A DNA stretch of 20,000 nt from an uncultured virus (IMG/VR IMGVR_UViG_3300048072_000060) (Duplodnaviria; Heunggongvirae; Uroviricota; Caudoviricetes), in IMG/VR virus record IMGVR_UViG_3300048072_000060; one strand, written 5' to 3'. The translations under genes and the position numbers were made by a program. This document shows positions 17,379-20,000 of the stretch, piece by piece; the first letter of the stretch is position 1; every line of letters begins with the position of its first letter. Under the pieces are notes generated by a model. The model saw only the letters and a program-made list of their open reading frames with translations, did no database searches and had not been told where the DNA came from.

Positions 17379-17978
17379 ATGGACACGACTGCCGAGAGGC
17401 TTATCGATCTCGCGCGATCCCAAGGGCTGATCCGCCCCTGTGATCTGGCCCCGCTTGGAATCCCCCGGGTTTCCCTGACCCGTGCCGTTCGACGCGGGCA
17501 ACTGGAGCGGGTTGGGCGAGGGTTGTACGGCCTGCCCGGGCGTGAGGTCTCGGCTCACGGATCACTGGCCGAGGTGGCGCGAAGGGTGCCCAAAGGTGTC
17601 GTCTGCCTGCTCTCGGCACTGCGTTTTCATGGCCTGACCACCCAGGCTCCCTTTGAGGTATGGCTGGCCATCGAGAACAAGTCCCTTGCGCCGAAACTCG
17701 ACTTTCCGCCACTACGCATCGTGCGTTTCTCCGGCGCGGCACTGACTGAGGGCGTGGAGGAACACGTCGTGGATGGTGTGACCATCCGTATCACCGGCGT
17801 GGCCAAGACTGTTGCCGACTGCTTCAAGTACCGGAACAAGATCGGCCTTGACGTCGCCCTGGAGGCGCTGCGCGAGGCTTGGCACGAGAAGCGTATGACC
17901 AGTGACGATATCTGGCGCTACGCCAAAATCTGCCGCGTGGCCAACGTGATGCGCCCCTACCTGGATAGCCTGACATGA
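17379..17978 (+). CDS. abiEi: Type IV toxin-antitoxin AbiEi family antitoxin / transcriptional regulator
   Basis: wHTH with LERVGRGLY, then CLLSALRFHGLTTQAP and KTVADCFKYRNKIGLDVALEAL. The start could be 17355, 17370 or 17379. Confidence 0.92.
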   Translation: MDTTAERLIDLARSQGLIRPCDLAPLGIPRVSLTRAVRRGQLERVGRGLYGLPGREVSAHGSLAEVARRVPKGVVCLLSALRFHGLTTQAPFEVWLAIENKSLAPKLDFPPLRIVRFSGAALTEGVEEHVVDGVTIRITGVAKTVADCFKYRNKIGLDVALEALREAWHEKRMTSDDIWRYAKICRVANVMRPYLDSLT

Positions 17979-18883
17979 GTGCTCGTAACATCAGTGCCTC
18001 CGTCCGCGATCGGCTGCTCAACAAAGCTCGGGCCGAAAAACTGGACTACAACCTACTGCTGACGCGGTACGCACTGGAGCGCATGCTCTACCGCCTGAGC
18101 ATCTCGAAACAGCGCGACCAGTTCCTGCTCAAGGGGGCGTTGCTATTTGACCTGTGGTTCGATGTGCCACACCGGCCGACCCATGACGCTGATTTCCTGG
18201 GTTTTGGTTCTGCCGAGATCCCGCATATCGAAGAGATCTTCCGGGATATCTGTCGCATCAAGGTCGAGGACGGGATCGCATTTCAGCCTGATACCGTGAA
18301 GGCCGCCGAGATCCGCAAGGAAGCCAACTATGCTGGTGCCCGGGTTACGTTGCTGGGGATGCTGGACAGCGCCCGCTGCCCGGTGCAGATCGACATCGGT
18401 TTTGGGGATGCCGTCGTGCCCGGCCCGGATGAAGTCCACTACCCAGTTATCCTCGGGGAGATGCCTGAACCCCATTTGCACGTCTATCCCCGCTACACGG
18501 TTGTTGCCGAAAAGCTGGAGGCGTTGACCTCATTGGGCATGCTGAACAGTCGGATGAAGGATTTCTTCGATCTCTGGATCTTGGCCAAGCATTCTGACTT
18601 CGACGGCCAGATATTGTCGCGGGCGGTCGCAGCCACCTTCGAACGTCGGCGCACTGCCGTACCCCACGGGGTGCCAATCGGGTTGAGCGACGAGTTCATC
18701 AACGACGACCAGAAGGGTAAGCAGTGGCAGGCCTTTCTTCGCAAAAATGCCCTTGACCCGATGCCGCTGCCTACGGTGATCGCTGATCTGCGCGGTTTTC
18801 TGATGCCGCTGCTGGCAGCCATTGCAGCCGGTGGTAGCCACGACTATCCTTGGCGGGCCGGTGCCGGATGGCAGATGCCGTGA
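17975..18883 (+). CDS. abiEii: AbiEii/AbiGii family nucleotidyltransferase toxin, 302 aa
   Basis: FLLKGALL, RPTHDADFL, AEKLEA and SRMKDFFDL motifs. ATGA overlap with the antitoxin gene. Confidence 0.93.
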   Translation: MSARNISASVRDRLLNKARAEKLDYNLLLTRYALERMLYRLSISKQRDQFLLKGALLFDLWFDVPHRPTHDADFLGFGSAEIPHIEEIFRDICRIKVEDGIAFQPDTVKAAEIRKEANYAGARVTLLGMLDSARCPVQIDIGFGDAVVPGPDEVHYPVILGEMPEPHLHVYPRYTVVAEKLEALTSLGMLNSRMKDFFDLWILAKHSDFDGQILSRAVAATFERRRTAVPHGVPIGLSDEFINDDQKGKQWQAFLRKNALDPMPLPTVIADLRGFLMPLLAAIAAGGSHDYPWRAGAGWQMP

Positions 18884-19758
18884 GCCTGACGGACTTGTTT
18901 CGGCACCGGCGTGTCTGCGACAAGGATGTCTATGTCGTCGATGACCACCATCAGGCCCTGGCACCTTGGGTACTGATCCGCCGCCGGTTGGATCGGCCCC
19001 CGAACCTGATTACGATCGACCACCACACCGACGTCCACGAGGCGTTCTTGGGGCATGCACATCTCGAAACGTATGAGAGCGGCGGCGATGCCTGGGCGCT
19101 CGCCAAGGAGCTAGTCAAACGCATCGACTGGCAGGACGACCAAAGCCTGCTCTGGGCCATCGAGCACCTACGACATGACGAACATGTCGATGCCGCAACC
19201 CTGTCGGGCATTCTCAACTACGCTTTCTGTATCCAGTTGAGCGACAGCGGCGGCAATCCTTCCATCGAGAAGCAGGCTTTCGATGCTGATCGGCAGGCGC
19301 GATGGCCCCTGCCGCCGACGCTTCCGCCTCCGCGCCGGCCCATGACTTATGAGGATCCCGAGAATCACATTTTCGTGATCGCCCACGATTGCGCCATCGG
19401 CTGCGGCCGGATACCGCACAACGACGATTGTGTCGTCGAGCACGGAAACATGATCATCGAGTCGATCTACCTCGATGACCAACTGGCTCGCGGGGCCGAG
19501 ATGTCACGGTGTGTCGGCATAGATCATCTCGAGGTGCAACCGTACATCCTGGATATCGATTTGGATGCTTTCCACAGCCGGCAGGCGATCGAGCCTGCCG
19601 ATCGGACTACCTTTTACCGCCTGATCAGGAATGCGGTGGCGATTACCGTTGCCACCGAGGCTGAGTGCGTGGATGAACTCAAATTTGATGGGGAGGCAAT
19701 TGACGCCGATTTCTTGCTGGCCAGGCTGGTGGAACATATCAAGGCGGCAATTGGTTAA
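18868..19758 (+). CDS. UPF0489-like metal-dependent hydrolase (arginase/deacetylase-type fold)
   Basis: VVDDHHQAL, LITIDHHTD and ILDIDLDAF motifs. The start (ATG 18868 or GTG 18880) overlaps the end of the toxin gene. Confidence 0.75.
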   Translation: MADAVSLTDLFRHRRVCDKDVYVVDDHHQALAPWVLIRRRLDRPPNLITIDHHTDVHEAFLGHAHLETYESGGDAWALAKELVKRIDWQDDQSLLWAIEHLRHDEHVDAATLSGILNYAFCIQLSDSGGNPSIEKQAFDADRQARWPLPPTLPPPRRPMTYEDPENHIFVIAHDCAIGCGRIPHNDDCVVEHGNMIIESIYLDDQLARGAEMSRCVGIDHLEVQPYILDIDLDAFHSRQAIEPADRTTFYRLIRNAVAITVATEAECVDELKFDGEAIDADFLLARLVEHIKAAIG

Positions 19759-19888
19759 TTGCTGAGGGCATCGTAGAGGTGCGAAAAGCCTCCTCCGAAG
19801 CCCCTGCTGGCCTCAATCCTTCCTAAAAAATCCGAATTGCTTTAAGATGCTGGTTCTTCAGGTGGAGGTTCTCCACCACCAAATCCCG

Positions 19889-19916
19889 AAGCCCAGCCGA
19901 GCGCTGGGCTTTTTTT
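19889..19916 (+). terminator. Rho-independent terminator
   Basis: Stem AAGCCCAGC / GCTGGGCTT with a 5-nt loop and a T7 run. A second copy begins at about 19982 and runs off the window. Confidence 0.85.
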
Positions 19917-19949
19917 CGGATTTCGCCCGCAGGGCAAAATCGAACGCCG

Positions 19950-19974
19950 GGTTCGATTCCGCCCTTGGCCACCA
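19950..19974 (+). mobile_element. tRNA 3'-end fragment (GGTTCGATTCCGCCCTTGGCCACCA), probable att site at the island's right end; tRNA-Phe-like
   Basis: T-loop, 3' T-stem, acceptor strand and CCA are present. The upstream sequence does not complete the T-stem or supply D and anticodon arms. The isotype is from recall only. Confidence 0.8.
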
Positions 19975-20000
19975 AATCCCAAAGCCCAGCCGAGCGCTGG

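Larger units (their letters stand above)
19876..20000 (+). repeat. 32-bp direct repeat CCACCAAATCCC(G/A)AAGCCCAGCCGAGCGCTGG at 19876-19907 and 19969-20000
   Basis: Read directly; one mismatch. The repeat may extend beyond the window. Confidence 0.9.

Noticed and set aside
19871..19881. tmRNA (ssrA) 3' end suggested by CTCCACCA
   Set aside because: The match is too short, has no preceding T-loop, and is explained by the local hairpin and the direct repeat.
19900..19974. Complete tRNA gene
   Set aside because: Only the T-loop to CCA portion is present. There is no matching 5' acceptor strand, D arm or anticodon arm, so it is treated as an att fragment.

Overview
This window appears to lie inside a genomic/defence island, probably from a GC-rich proteobacterium. 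Its likely right boundary is a duplicated tRNA 3'-end plus terminator scar at 19876-20000. From left to right it contains: (1) a coupled minus-strand three-gene operon resembling the DndFGH/DptFGH restriction module, made of a P-loop NTPase, a 519 aa protein and a >1480 aa protein missed by the ORF track that has a PD-(D/E)xK motif and the start of an FtsK-like motor. No dnd/ssp modification genes are in view, but a degenerate type I hsdM 5' remnant lies directly upstream. (2) A divergent HTH-WYL regulator followed by rtcB, an unknown protein with a Tudor-like N-terminus, a Mesh1-like HD hydrolase and two small basic proteins. The same 21-bp imperfect palindrome lies in the divergent promoter region and in front of rtcB, suggesting one WYL regulon linking a DNA-cutting defence machine with RNA repair. 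(3) A large serine recombinase, two ParB-like proteins and a small Cys-rich protein with internal DNA repeats. (4) An AbiEi/AbiEii type IV toxin-antitoxin pair with a coupled UPF0489-like gene. All family assignments come from motif recognition by eye; no searches were run.
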